From: Alphaproteobacteria bacterium
GTDB taxonomy: Bacteria; Pseudomonadota; Alphaproteobacteria; Bin95
Length of the DNA: 50,863 nt
Direction: 5' to 3'
Assembly: GCA_026706245.1 (NCBI GenBank)
Contig: JAPOZD010000208.1
Coordinates: 1-50,863 of the forward strand
Under the pieces are notes generated by a model. It was not told the origin of the DNA, made no database searches, and worked only from the letters and a program-made list of their open reading frames with translations. Position 1 is the first letter of the stretch. Every line of letters starts with the position of its first letter. Below are positions 35,398 through 44,657 of this stretch, in pieces. A program made the translations under genes and the position numbers.

Positions 35398-37139
35398 TCG
35401 AGCGGATGGACAGCGACATACTGATCCTCGGCTCCGGGGGTGCGGGGCTGTTCGCCGCATTGCACGCCTACCGCGCCGACCCTGCGCTCGATATCGCCAT
35501 CGCCGCCAAGGGCCTGCTCGGCAAGAGCGGCTGCACCCGCATGGTGCAGGGCGGCTACAATGTCGCGCTGGCGCCCGGCGACAGCCTCGAACGCCATTTC
35601 ATGGACACGATCGAGGGCGGGGCCTGGATCAACCACCAGGAGCTGGCCTGGACGCTGATCGAGGGAGCGGTCGAGCGTATCCGCGAGCTGGAAGACGAGA
35701 TCGGCTGCTATTTCGACCGCAATCCCGACGGCAGCATCCACCAGAAGGCGTTTGCCGGGCAGACCTTCGACCGTACCGTCCACAAGGGGGACCTCACCGG
35801 CATCGAGATCGTCAACCGGCTGATGGAGCAGGTCTGGGCGCGGGCGGTGACGCGGCTGGAGGAGCACCGGGCGGCGGCGTTGATCCCGTCCCGCGACGGC
35901 GCGCGGCTCGCCGGCGTGCTGCTGATCGACATCCGCACGGGCGCGCTCCGCTTCGTGCGCGCCAAGGCCGTGCTGCTCGCGACCGGCGGCGGCCCGACCA
36001 TGTACCGCTACCACACGCCGTCGGGCGACAAGACCTGCGACGGCATGGCGATGGCGCTGGAGGCGGGCCTGGCGCTCCGCGACATGGAGATGGTGCAGTT
36101 CCACCCGACCGGGCTCTATGCCGGCCCCGGCACGCGCATGACCGGCACGGTGCTGGAAGAGGGCCTGCGCGGCGCCGGCGGCCATCTGCTGGGCGGCGAC
36201 GGGACGCGCTTCATGGAGCGCTACGACCCGCGCCTGGAGCGCGCCACCCGCGACATCGTCAGCCGCGCCATGGCGAGCGAGATGCGGGCCGGCAATGTCA
36301 CCGGGAGCGGCGGGCTCTACATCTCCATGGCCCATCTGGGCCCGAAGTCGGTGGCGGCGCGTTTCAAGGGCATGGTCGAGCGCTGCCGGGACTGCGGCTT
36401 CGACCTCGCAGGCGGGCTGGTCGAGGTGGTGCCGACCGCGCATTACATGATGGGCGGCGTCGCCTTCGAGCCCGACACGACCACCGCCATGCCGGGGCTC
36501 TACGCCGCCGGCGAAGACACGGGCGGCGTCCACGGCGCGAACCGCCTCGGCGGCAACGGCGTCGCCAACTCCACCGTCTATGGCGGCATTGCCGGCGACC
36601 GGATGGCAACGGATGCGGGTCGCGAGCGCGCCTTTCCCGACCCCGACGAGGCGGTCCTGGAAGCCGCCGCCGCACGCTGCCTCCGGGTCTTCGACCGGCC
36701 GCCCGGCGATCTCGCCGGCATCCGTGAGCGCCTCTCGGACCTGATGTGGGACGAAGTCGGCATATTGCGCTCGGCCGAAAGCCTCGACCGCGCAGAGGCC
36801 GGGCTTGCCGACATCGCGGCGGAGGTGGAGGCGGCGGGCGCGGCCGGCGGCGGACGGGCCTTCAACCTCGCCTGGCACGATCGCCTGAACCTGGAGAGCC
36901 TTGTCACCGTCTCGCGCGCGATAACGGCGGCCGCTCGCGCCCGCGAGGATTCGCGCGGCGCGCACTACCGCGAGGATTTCCCGAAGACGGGCGACCTCGC
37001 CACGACGCGCTACACCGCCGTCCGCCTCAAGGGCGGCGATTTCATGTCGTCTTCGGAGCCCGTCGCCTTCACCCGCGTCAGGCCCGGCGAGTCGCTGCTG
37101 GATCGAAGCCCGGATTCGGTGGGCGGCGGGAGGCTTTGA
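35394..37139 (+). CDS. succinate dehydrogenase/fumarate reductase-type flavoprotein subunit (paralogue)
   Basis: 581 aa. ILILGSGGAGLFAA, MVQFHPTG, GLYAAGEDTGGVHGANRLGGN, SRGAHYREDFP. The ATG overlaps the upstream stop (ATGA). Confidence 0.85.
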   Translation: MIERMDSDILILGSGGAGLFAALHAYRADPALDIAIAAKGLLGKSGCTRMVQGGYNVALAPGDSLERHFMDTIEGGAWINHQELAWTLIEGAVERIRELEDEIGCYFDRNPDGSIHQKAFAGQTFDRTVHKGDLTGIEIVNRLMEQVWARAVTRLEEHRAAALIPSRDGARLAGVLLIDIRTGALRFVRAKAVLLATGGGPTMYRYHTPSGDKTCDGMAMALEAGLALRDMEMVQFHPTGLYAGPGTRMTGTVLEEGLRGAGGHLLGGDGTRFMERYDPRLERATRDIVSRAMASEMRAGNVTGSGGLYISMAHLGPKSVAARFKGMVERCRDCGFDLAGGLVEVVPTAHYMMGGVAFEPDTTTAMPGLYAAGEDTGGVHGANRLGGNGVANSTVYGGIAGDRMATDAGRERAFPDPDEAVLEAAAARCLRVFDRPPGDLAGIRERLSDLMWDEVGILRSAESLDRAEAGLADIAAEVEAAGAAGGGRAFNLAWHDRLNLESLVTVSRAITAAARAREDSRGAHYREDFPKTGDLATTRYTAVRLKGGDFMSSSEPVAFTRVRPGESLLDRSPDSVGGGRL

Positions 37140-37197
37140 GCAGCAAGTTCCGGGCCGCGCCGCGCTGCGGGCAGCCTTTCATCTTCGGGAGCCAGCC

Positions 37198-38013
37198 ATG
37201 AAAATTGTCCAGTTGACCGACCTCCACCTCACCCGGCCCGGAGAGACCGTCGGGGGACGGGACCCGAATGCGAATCTGGACCGCGCGCTGGCCCACGCGC
37301 TCGAGCAGCATCCCGACGCGGAGACGTTCGTCATCACCGGCGACCTGTCGGACCGGGGCGACCGCGGCGACTACGAACGGTTGAAGGGCCGCCTCGCGGG
37401 GCTGCCGATCCCGGCCCGCCTCGCCATCGGCAACCATGACGACAGGACGGCGTTCCTTGAGGTCTTCCCGGAGCTCGCGGACGAGGACGGGCATGTGCAG
37501 CAGGTCTTCGAGCTCAGCCGGGGCACGGGCCTCATACTCGACAGCTGGGGTCCGGACTCCCATGCCGGCTTCTATTGCGCGAGGCGCTGCGCCTGGCTGT
37601 GCCGGGCGCTGGCGGCGGCCGACGGACCGGCATACCTATTTATCCACCATCACCCGATTCCCACGCATATCGTCCCGATGGACCGGGTCATGCTCCGGGA
37701 CGCCGAGGCGTTCGGCGCCGTCGTGGCGGAACACCGGAGCAAGATCGCGCACATCTTCTTCGGGCATTGCCACATGCCCCTTGCCGGATCGTTCCACGGC
37801 GTGCCGGTGAGCGCGCCGCGCGGCACCAACCATGCGCTCTTCGCGGATTTCCTCGAAAAGGAGCGGCTTCTCTCATCGGACCTGCCCGAATCCTATGCGG
37901 TCATCACCGTCGAGGAGCCGTCCGTCACCGTGCTGATGCAGGAATATGGATATCAGGGCGAGGTGCGCGCAGGCGGCGCTCCCTACAATCCCGCCCGCGA
38001 CAGGGCTCAATAA
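37198..38013 (+). CDS. metallophosphoesterase (calcineurin-like phosphodiesterase, CpdA/GpdQ-like)
   Basis: 271 aa. QLTDLHL, ITGDLSDRG, IGNHD, IHHHP, FGHCH metal-ligand motifs. Confidence 0.8.
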   Translation: MKIVQLTDLHLTRPGETVGGRDPNANLDRALAHALEQHPDAETFVITGDLSDRGDRGDYERLKGRLAGLPIPARLAIGNHDDRTAFLEVFPELADEDGHVQQVFELSRGTGLILDSWGPDSHAGFYCARRCAWLCRALAAADGPAYLFIHHHPIPTHIVPMDRVMLRDAEAFGAVVAEHRSKIAHIFFGHCHMPLAGSFHGVPVSAPRGTNHALFADFLEKERLLSSDLPESYAVITVEEPSVTVLMQEYGYQGEVRAGGAPYNPARDRAQ

Positions 38014-38170
38014 GCCGTCAGAGGACAGGCCGCGCGACAGAATAGCGCGCCGTGCCTGGTAAATTTCTCGGCGTCTCGACGGAATAAGGGATTATCGGAT
38101 GAGGAGGAATTTCGTCGGTGACAAATCCGGGCAGGACTGCCGGGAAATGCTGCGATGCCGGAGCCGGCTG

Positions 38171-38242
38171 ATGAGGCTCCGTATCCACAGGGGCGCGAAG
38201 GAGATCGGCGGCACCTGCATCGAGGCGGAGGCCGGGGGCAGA
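38171..38242 (+). pseudogene. possible orphan N-terminal fragment of an MBL-fold hydrolase gene
   Basis: MRLRIHRGAKEIGGTCIEAEAGGR resembles the extreme N-terminus of a family of MBL-fold metallo-hydrolases (M.L.IHRG..EIGG.CIE...). Similarity ends after about 24 codons. It lies in a 336-bp convergent spacer. Confidence 0.25.
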
Positions 38243-38349
38243 TCACTACGAGGTGCTCGGTGTTATCAACGCCCACCTCCCATCGAATGCCCGGCCGGTC
38301 GAAACATGGAGTTACGACGAGAACGGCCCGCAGCGGCTTTATCCCGCCC

Positions 38350-39087
38350 CTACTCCAGCATCGCCGAACTGAGCCGTGCTCGCTCATCCCTGCCGAAGCC
38401 CACCGCTCTGTCGAGCCACCCCTCCAGACCGCCATGCTCCTTGTCCAGCGTCGCCCATGAAGCTGCCAGATATTCCTCCCGCGCCGAGAACACCGGCTCG
38501 TAGATTTCGCGCGGCAGGCCCTGTGGTTCGCGGTTGCCGCGGTCCCAGTGGCGGTTGGTGAGCAGGTAGTCCTCCATGATCGTCTCGCGGGGTACGCCCA
38601 GCGCCTCCAGCACCACGGCGGCGGCGAAGCCGGTGCGGTCCTTGCCCGCCGTGCAGTGGAAGAGCAGCGGCGGCGCGTCCTCCGCGACGAGCCGACGCAG
38701 GATCGCCCCGCAGGCGGGCGCATATTTCTCCGGATAGCCGGCATAGCTTCGGGTCAGCCAGTCCTTCGCCACGGCGGCGGAGGACACGCCGCCCAGGTTC
38801 ATCGTCTCCAGCAGCGAGGCGCCGGGGGCCGCGGCAAGGCCGATATGCACGCTCGCGACCGAGTCGGGCAGGCGGGCCGGCTCGCCGGCGCGTTCCGGCC
38901 CGTAGCGCATGTCCAGCGCCTCCTCGAGACCGAGCGCCGCCAGCGTCCCGCCGTCGCCGGGCGTCAGCCGGTGCAGCCCGTCGGCCCGGAACAGGCGGCG
39001 CCAGCGGACCCGGCGGCCGTCAAGCGCCTCGTAGCCGCCGAGGTCGCGGAAATTCGTGGCGCCCTCAAGCGCGATCAGCCGGTGCAT
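38350..39087 (-). CDS. tyrosine-protein phosphatase family protein
   Basis: 245 aa. NFRDLGG near the N-terminus and the C-x5-R P-loop HCTAGKDRTG. Confidence 0.8.
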   Translation of the reverse strand: MHRLIALEGATNFRDLGGYEALDGRRVRWRRLFRADGLHRLTPGDGGTLAALGLEEALDMRYGPERAGEPARLPDSVASVHIGLAAAPGASLLETMNLGGVSSAAVAKDWLTRSYAGYPEKYAPACGAILRRLVAEDAPPLLFHCTAGKDRTGFAAAVVLEALGVPRETIMEDYLLTNRHWDRGNREPQGLPREIYEPVFSAREEYLAASWATLDKEHGGLEGWLDRAVGFGRDERARLSSAMLE

Positions 39088-39160
39088 GGCGGCGGTTATC
39101 CCCCCTTTCCAGAATATCCCCAGAGACTCGACTATAGTGCCCCGGTCTAATGGCGCTCCG

Positions 39161-40678
39161 ATGACAGCACAAGCCGATCCCTGGTTCGCCGAAGAGCCGC
39201 CCTTCGAGGCCCCGCCCGACGACGGCCCCGCCTATCGCGAGCTTCCGGCCAATCTGGAGGTCGAGATGGCGCTGCTTGGCGCGATCCTGGTGGACAACCG
39301 CCTCCTGGAGCAGGTCGGCGACTTCCTGGAGCCGGACCATTTCTTCGACCCGAGCCACCGGCGCATCTACGAGGCCGTCCAGCGCGTGACCGAACGCGGC
39401 GCGCAGGCGAGCCCCGCGACGCTGAGGGACCATTTCCAGCAGCAGGACCGGCTGGCCGATGTCGGCGGGCCGCGTTACCTGGCGGAGCTGGCCGCGAGCG
39501 CCATCGGCGTCATCGACGCGGTCTCCTTCGGCCAGGCCATCCACGACCTGCATCTGCGCCGCGCGCTCATCTCCATCGGCGGCGAGGTGGTCAACGAGGC
39601 CTATGACAGCGACCTCGAACTGACCGCCGCCGGCCGGATCGAAAAGGCCGAGCACCGCCTGTTCGAGCTGGCCACGACCGGCGCGGAGCACACGGGCTTC
39701 CGGCCCTTCTCCGGCACGCTCGCCTCCGCCATCGACATGGCCGAAAGCGCCTTCCGCCGCGAAGGCAGCCTGACGGGCGTGACCACCGGCTTCCGGGACA
39801 TCGACGCCAAGCTGGGCGGCCTCCAGCGCTCCGACCTGCTGGTGCTGGCCGGGCGGCCCGGCATGGGCAAGACGGCGCTTGCGACCAATATCGCCTTCAA
39901 CGCCGCGCGGGCCCGCGTCCGGGAACGCGGCGAGGACGACGAGGTCCACGAGATCGACGGCTACGCGGTCGCCTTCTTCTCGCTGGAGATGTCGGCCGAG
40001 CAGCTGGCGCTGCGCATCCTCTCCGAACAGGCGCAGGTTTCCTCCGACGAGATCCGGCGCGGGCGCATCAGCCAGGCCGAGTTCGACGCGGTGTTCCGGG
40101 CGAGCCAGGAGCTGGAGCACCTGAAGCTCTTCATCGACGACACGCCGGCGATCAGCGTCTCGCAGCTTCGCACCCGCGCCCGGCGCCTGCTGCGCAGCCA
40201 GGGGCGCCTGGACCTGATCGTGGTGGACTATATCCAGCTCATGCAGCCGGGCGCCGGGCGGCGGCCGGAAAACCGCGTGCAGGAAGTCTCCGAGATCACC
40301 CGCGGCCTCAAGACCGTGGCCAAGGAGCTCGACCTGCCGATCCTCGCGCTGTCCCAGCTTTCCCGCGCCGTCGAGCAGCGCGAGGACAAGCGCCCCCACC
40401 TTGCGGACCTGCGCGAATCGGGCTCTATCGAGCAGGATTCCGACGTGGTGATGTTCATCTACCGCGAGGACTATTACCTCGCCCGCCAGGAGCCGCCGGC
40501 GGGCACCGACAAGCATATCGAGTGGCAAGAGCAGATGAACGAGGTCCACAATCTGGCCGATGTCATCGTCGCCAAGCAGCGCCACGGGCCGACCGGCAGG
40601 ATCAAGCTCTTTTTCGAGGGCCAGTTCACCCGCTTCGCCGACCTCGAAAAGCATCGAGATGACGAACCGCCAAGCTGA
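39161..40678 (+). CDS. dnaB: replicative DNA helicase
   Basis: 505 aa from ATG 39161. LPANLEVEMALLGAIL, Walker A GRPGMGKTALA, VVDYIQLM, LSQLSRAVEQR, IVAKQRHGPTG. Confidence 0.95.
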   Translation: MTAQADPWFAEEPPFEAPPDDGPAYRELPANLEVEMALLGAILVDNRLLEQVGDFLEPDHFFDPSHRRIYEAVQRVTERGAQASPATLRDHFQQQDRLADVGGPRYLAELAASAIGVIDAVSFGQAIHDLHLRRALISIGGEVVNEAYDSDLELTAAGRIEKAEHRLFELATTGAEHTGFRPFSGTLASAIDMAESAFRREGSLTGVTTGFRDIDAKLGGLQRSDLLVLAGRPGMGKTALATNIAFNAARARVRERGEDDEVHEIDGYAVAFFSLEMSAEQLALRILSEQAQVSSDEIRRGRISQAEFDAVFRASQELEHLKLFIDDTPAISVSQLRTRARRLLRSQGRLDLIVVDYIQLMQPGAGRRPENRVQEVSEITRGLKTVAKELDLPILALSQLSRAVEQREDKRPHLADLRESGSIEQDSDVVMFIYREDYYLARQEPPAGTDKHIEWQEQMNEVHNLADVIVAKQRHGPTGRIKLFFEGQFTRFADLEKHRDDEPPS

Positions 40679-41738
40679 GGCCCCGGCCTCGCCGGGCCGG
40701 CTCACCATCGACCTCGACGCCATCGCCGGCAATTGGCGCAAGCTTTGCGATCTGGCGGCGCCGGCAGCCGTTGCCGGCGTCGTCAAGGCGGACGCCTACG
40801 GGCTCGGCATGGACCGGGTGGCGCCCGCACTCCACCGGGTCGGCTGCTCCCTGTTCTTCGTGGCCGGGCTGGAGGAAGGGGCATCGCTCAGGACGTTGCT
40901 GCCCGATATCGAGATCGCTGTGCTGAGCGCGCCGGTGGAGGGCTTCCAGACGGCCTATCGCGACTACCGCCTGCTGCCGGTTCTGAACCATGCGGGCGAT
41001 CTCGCTGCCTGGCCGGGCGAGGACGCCGTGCTGCATATCGACACCGGCATGACGCGCCTCGGCCTCGACCCTGCCGATGCAGCGGCGCTCGACCGGCGGC
41101 GCTTCCGCCTGGTGATGAGCCACCTCGCCTGCGCCGACGAGCCGGACCATCCGCTGAACGAGGCCCAGCGCCGCCTGTTCGCGGAGCTTGCTGCCCGGTT
41201 CGACGCCCCTGCGAGCCTCGCCAACTCTTCCGGCATCTTCCTCGGCCCCGGCTACCGGTTCGACACGGCCCGGCCCGGCATGGCGCTGTACGGCCTCAAC
41301 CCCACGCCCGGCGAGGCCAACCCGATGCAGCCGGTCGTCCGCCTTGAAGGCCGCGTGCTGCAGGTCCGCGAGGTGGACCGGCCGCTCACCGTTGGCTACG
41401 GCGCGACGGCCGAAGTCCGCGCCGGCCAGCGGCTGGCCACGGTTGCCGCCGGCTATGCGGACGGCTATCTACGCGCCGCAAGCCCGAGGGCCGGCGCATT
41501 GCTGCACGGCCGGAGGGCGCCGTTGGTCGGGCGGGTGTCGATGGATTCGATCGTAGTGGATGTGACCGGGCTGCCGCCGGGCTCCGTGAAGCCCGGCGAC
41601 TGGGCCGTGCTGATCGGCGAGGGCATGGACGCCGGCGCGCTGGCGGAGGCCGCCGGCACCATCGGCTACGAAGTGCTGACATCGCTCGGCGCGCGCTATG
41701 CGCGGACCTGGACGGGCGGCGGGGGCTCCGGCGCTTGA
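40659..41738 (+). CDS. alr: alanine racemase
   Basis: 359 aa from ATG 40659, overlapping the dnaB 3' end by 20 nt. VVKADAYGLG (PLP lysine), RPGMALYG, GYADGY, the GRVSMD pattern. Confidence 0.9.
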   Translation: MTNRQAEAPASPGRLTIDLDAIAGNWRKLCDLAAPAAVAGVVKADAYGLGMDRVAPALHRVGCSLFFVAGLEEGASLRTLLPDIEIAVLSAPVEGFQTAYRDYRLLPVLNHAGDLAAWPGEDAVLHIDTGMTRLGLDPADAAALDRRRFRLVMSHLACADEPDHPLNEAQRRLFAELAARFDAPASLANSSGIFLGPGYRFDTARPGMALYGLNPTPGEANPMQPVVRLEGRVLQVREVDRPLTVGYGATAEVRAGQRLATVAAGYADGYLRAASPRAGALLHGRRAPLVGRVSMDSIVVDVTGLPPGSVKPGDWAVLIGEGMDAGALAEAAGTIGYEVLTSLGARYARTWTGGGGSGA

Positions 41739-42508
41739 ACCCGCTGGCCGCCATCGGCCGGGCCTTTCTCGCCCTGCTGGAGGCGATGGGGCGCCTGGTG
41801 CTGTTCGCGGGCGTCGCGGTGTCGCACATCGTCCGCCCGCCCTTCTATCCGCGCGTGCTGCTGCGCCAGATGGTCGATATCGGCTACTACTCGCTGCCGG
41901 TGGTCGCGCTGACGACGCTGTTCAGCGGCATGGTGCTGGCGCTCCAGAGCCATACGGGCTTTGCGCGCTTCTCGGCCGAGGGCGCGGTTGCGGGCGTGGT
42001 CTCGCTCGCGATCACGCGCGAGCTGGCGCCGGTGCTGGCGGGCCTCATGGTCGCCGGGCGGGTGGGCGCGTCCATGGCGGCGGAGCTCGGCACGATGCGC
42101 GTCACCGAGCAGATCGACGCGCTCTCGACCCTCTCGACCGACCCGATGAAATATCTCGTGGCGCCCCGCATCCTCGCGGGCTTCGCCATGCTGCCGCTGC
42201 TGGTGCTGGTCGGCGACATCATCGGCATATTCGGCGGCTATATCGTCGGCATCTACAAGCTCGACTTCGCGCCCGCCGCCTATATCGACCAGACATGGCA
42301 GTTCGTCGAAGTCCGCGATGTCGCGACGGGGCTGGTCAAGGCCGCGGTCTTCGGGTTCCTCGTCTCGCTGATGGGCTGCTATCACGGCTACCGCTCCGAG
42401 GGCGGCGCGCAGGGCGTCGGCCGGGCGGCGACGGATGCGGTGGTCTCCTCGGCCATCCTCATCCTGGTGTTCAACTACATCATCACCGAACTGTTCTTCG
42501 CCAAATGA
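41735..42508 (+). CDS. mlaE: MlaE-family ABC transporter permease
   Basis: 257 aa. The TTG start overlaps the alr stop (TTGA). ITRELAPVLAGLMVAGRVGASMAAELGTMRVTEQIDAL is the MlaE/Ttg2B signature. Confidence 0.85.
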   Translation: MNPLAAIGRAFLALLEAMGRLVLFAGVAVSHIVRPPFYPRVLLRQMVDIGYYSLPVVALTTLFSGMVLALQSHTGFARFSAEGAVAGVVSLAITRELAPVLAGLMVAGRVGASMAAELGTMRVTEQIDALSTLSTDPMKYLVAPRILAGFAMLPLLVLVGDIIGIFGGYIVGIYKLDFAPAAYIDQTWQFVEVRDVATGLVKAAVFGFLVSLMGCYHGYRSEGGAQGVGRAATDAVVSSAILILVFNYIITELFFAK

Positions 42509-43284
42509 GCGGCCCGGGCGAACCGAAGATCCGCATCCGGGGCCTGCACAAGGCCTTCGGCGCGAAAAACGTGCTGCGGGGCGTCGATCTCGATGTCGGC
42601 GCAGGCGAGTCGGTGGTCGTCATCGGCGGGTCGGGCACCGGCAAGTCGGTCACGGTCAAATGCGCGCTCGGCCTTGTCGAGCCCGACAGCGGCAGCATCC
42701 TGATCGACGGGGTGGAGTCGGTCGGGCTGAAGGGCGCGGCGCGCGAGGCGGTCAATGCGCGCATGGGCATGCTGTTCCAGGGCGGCGCGTTGTTCGACAG
42801 CCTCTCCGTGTGGGAGAACGTGGCCTTCGGGCTGGTGGCGGCCGGGCAGAAGACCCGCGGAGAGGCGAAGCCGGTCGCGCTGGACTCGCTTGCCCAGGTC
42901 GGTCTCGGCCCCGAAGTCGGCGAGCTGATGCCGGCGGAGCTTTCCGGCGGGATGCAGAAGCGCGTGGCGCTCGCCCGCGCCATCGCCGCCCGGCCGGACA
43001 TCATCTTTTTCGACGAGCCGACCACGGGCCTCGACCCGATCATGGCCGATGTCATCAACGACCTGATCGTCGAATGCGTGCGCGAACTGGGCGCGACGGC
43101 GCTCTCGATCACCCATGATATGGCGAGCGCGCGCAAGATCGCCGACCGCATCGCCATGCTGCATGAAGGGCGGATCGTCTGGTCGGGGCCGGTCTCGGAG
43201 ATCGACGGGAGCGGCGATCCCCATGTGGACCAGTTCATCCACGGCCGCGCGACGGGGCCGATCCGCATGGCGGTGCGCCGGTGA
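42505..43284 (+). CDS. mlaF: MlaF-like ABC transporter ATP-binding protein
   Basis: 259 aa. The ATG overlaps the mlaE stop (ATGA). GGSGTGKSV, LSGGMQKRVALARA, IFFDEPTTGLDP. Confidence 0.85.
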   Translation: MSGPGEPKIRIRGLHKAFGAKNVLRGVDLDVGAGESVVVIGGSGTGKSVTVKCALGLVEPDSGSILIDGVESVGLKGAAREAVNARMGMLFQGGALFDSLSVWENVAFGLVAAGQKTRGEAKPVALDSLAQVGLGPEVGELMPAELSGGMQKRVALARAIAARPDIIFFDEPTTGLDPIMADVINDLIVECVRELGATALSITHDMASARKIADRIAMLHEGRIVWSGPVSEIDGSGDPHVDQFIHGRATGPIRMAVRR

Positions 43285-44657
43285 GCCGCAAGGACCGCAG
43301 CTATGTCTGCCAGACCTGCGGGGCGGCGGCGCGCCAGTGGGCGGGGCGCTGCGGAAGCTGCGGAGCGTGGAACAGCCTTGTCGAGGAAGCGGCGGCGCCG
43401 GCAGCAGCCGGGCGGGCTGGCCGCAAGCTCGACCTGGTGGCGCTCGACGCCGCCCCGCCTCCCGTCGAGCGCCGTGCCACCGGCATCGCCGAGTTCGACC
43501 GGGTGCTGGGCGGCGGGCTGGTGCCGGGAAGCTGCGTGCTCATCGGCGGCGATCCCGGCATCGGCAAGTCCACCCTTTTGCTGCAGGCCGCTGCGAAGCT
43601 GGCGGCCCGGGGCCATGACTGCCTCTATGTCACCGGCGAGGAGGCCGTCTCGCAGATCGCCATGCGGGCGCGCCGCCTCGGCATGGCAGATGCGCCCGTT
43701 GCGCTCGCGGCCGCCACGGCGGCGGGCGACATCGCGGCCACACTTTCCGAGCGGGGCGAGGTGGCGGTGGTGGATTCGATCCAGACCGTGCATCTCGACG
43801 GCCTCGACTCGGCGGCCGGCTCGGTCGCGCAGGTGCGCGCCTCCGCCCAGGCGCTGATCGAGGTCGCCCGGCGGCGAAACGCGGCGCTGCTGCTGGTCGG
43901 CCATGTCACCAAGGACGGCGCCATAGCGGGCCCGCGCGTGCTGGAGCACATGGTCGATACAGTGCTCTATTTCGAGGGCGAGCGCGGCCACCATTTCCGC
44001 ATTCTGCGCGCCGTGAAGAACCGCTACGGGGCGACCGACGAGATCGGCGTGTTCGAGATGACGGACCGGGGTCTTGGCGAGGTCGCCAACCCGTCCGCGC
44101 TTTTCCTCGGGGACCGGCAGGACGGCGCCGCGCTCGCCGGCACGGCGGTGTTTGCGGGCGTGGAGGGCGCGCGCCCGCTTCTGGTCGAAATCCAGGCGCT
44201 GGTCGGCCCGCCCGCCGCCGGTTCGCCGCGCCGGGCCGTCGTCGGCTGGGACGCCGGACGGCTCGCCATGGTGCTGGCCGTGCTGGAGACGCGGGCCGGG
44301 ATCGCGCTCGGCGGGCGCGATATCTATCTCAATGTCGCGGGCGGGCTGCGCATTTCCGAGCCGGCGGCGGACCTCGCCGTGGCCGCCGCGCTCGTCTCTT
44401 CGCTGGAGGGCGCGGCCGCGCCGGCGGGGAGCGTGTGGTTCGGCGAAATCGGGCTTACCGGCGAGGTCCGCCCGGTCGCGCATGGCGACACGCGGCTCCG
44501 GGAAGCGCAGAAGCTCGGTTTCGAGACCGCGATAGTCCCCTCGGCCCGGCAGCCGGCCGGAAGCGGCGGGTTGCGCATCGAGACGGTCGGACACGTCGCG
44601 GAGGTTGCCGCCAGGCTCGGCGCGGGCGCCAGGTCAGAGCGGCGCGCCCGCGCATGA
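43281..44657 (+). CDS. radA: DNA repair protein RadA/Sms
   Basis: 458 aa. The GTG start overlaps the mlaF stop. Zinc finger YVCQTCGAAARQWAGRCGSCGAWNSL, Walker A GGDPGIGKST, KNRYG, and a Lon-like C-terminal domain. Confidence 0.95.
   Translation: MSRKDRSYVCQTCGAAARQWAGRCGSCGAWNSLVEEAAAPAAAGRAGRKLDLVALDAAPPPVERRATGIAEFDRVLGGGLVPGSCVLIGGDPGIGKSTLLLQAAAKLAARGHDCLYVTGEEAVSQIAMRARRLGMADAPVALAAATAAGDIAATLSERGEVAVVDSIQTVHLDGLDSAAGSVAQVRASAQALIEVARRRNAALLLVGHVTKDGAIAGPRVLEHMVDTVLYFEGERGHHFRILRAVKNRYGATDEIGVFEMTDRGLGEVANPSALFLGDRQDGAALAGTAVFAGVEGARPLLVEIQALVGPPAAGSPRRAVVGWDAGRLAMVLAVLETRAGIALGGRDIYLNVAGGLRISEPAADLAVAAALVSSLEGAAAPAGSVWFGEIGLTGEVRPVAHGDTRLREAQKLGFETAIVPSARQPAGSGGLRIETVGHVAEVAARLGAGARSERRARA

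Noticed and set aside
38177-38190. A DnaA-box-like word (tatccaca) about 1 kb upstream of dnaB.
   Set aside because: - It is a single 8-mer inside the putative MBL stub, with no cluster of boxes and no AT-rich unwinding element.
- It is not an origin.
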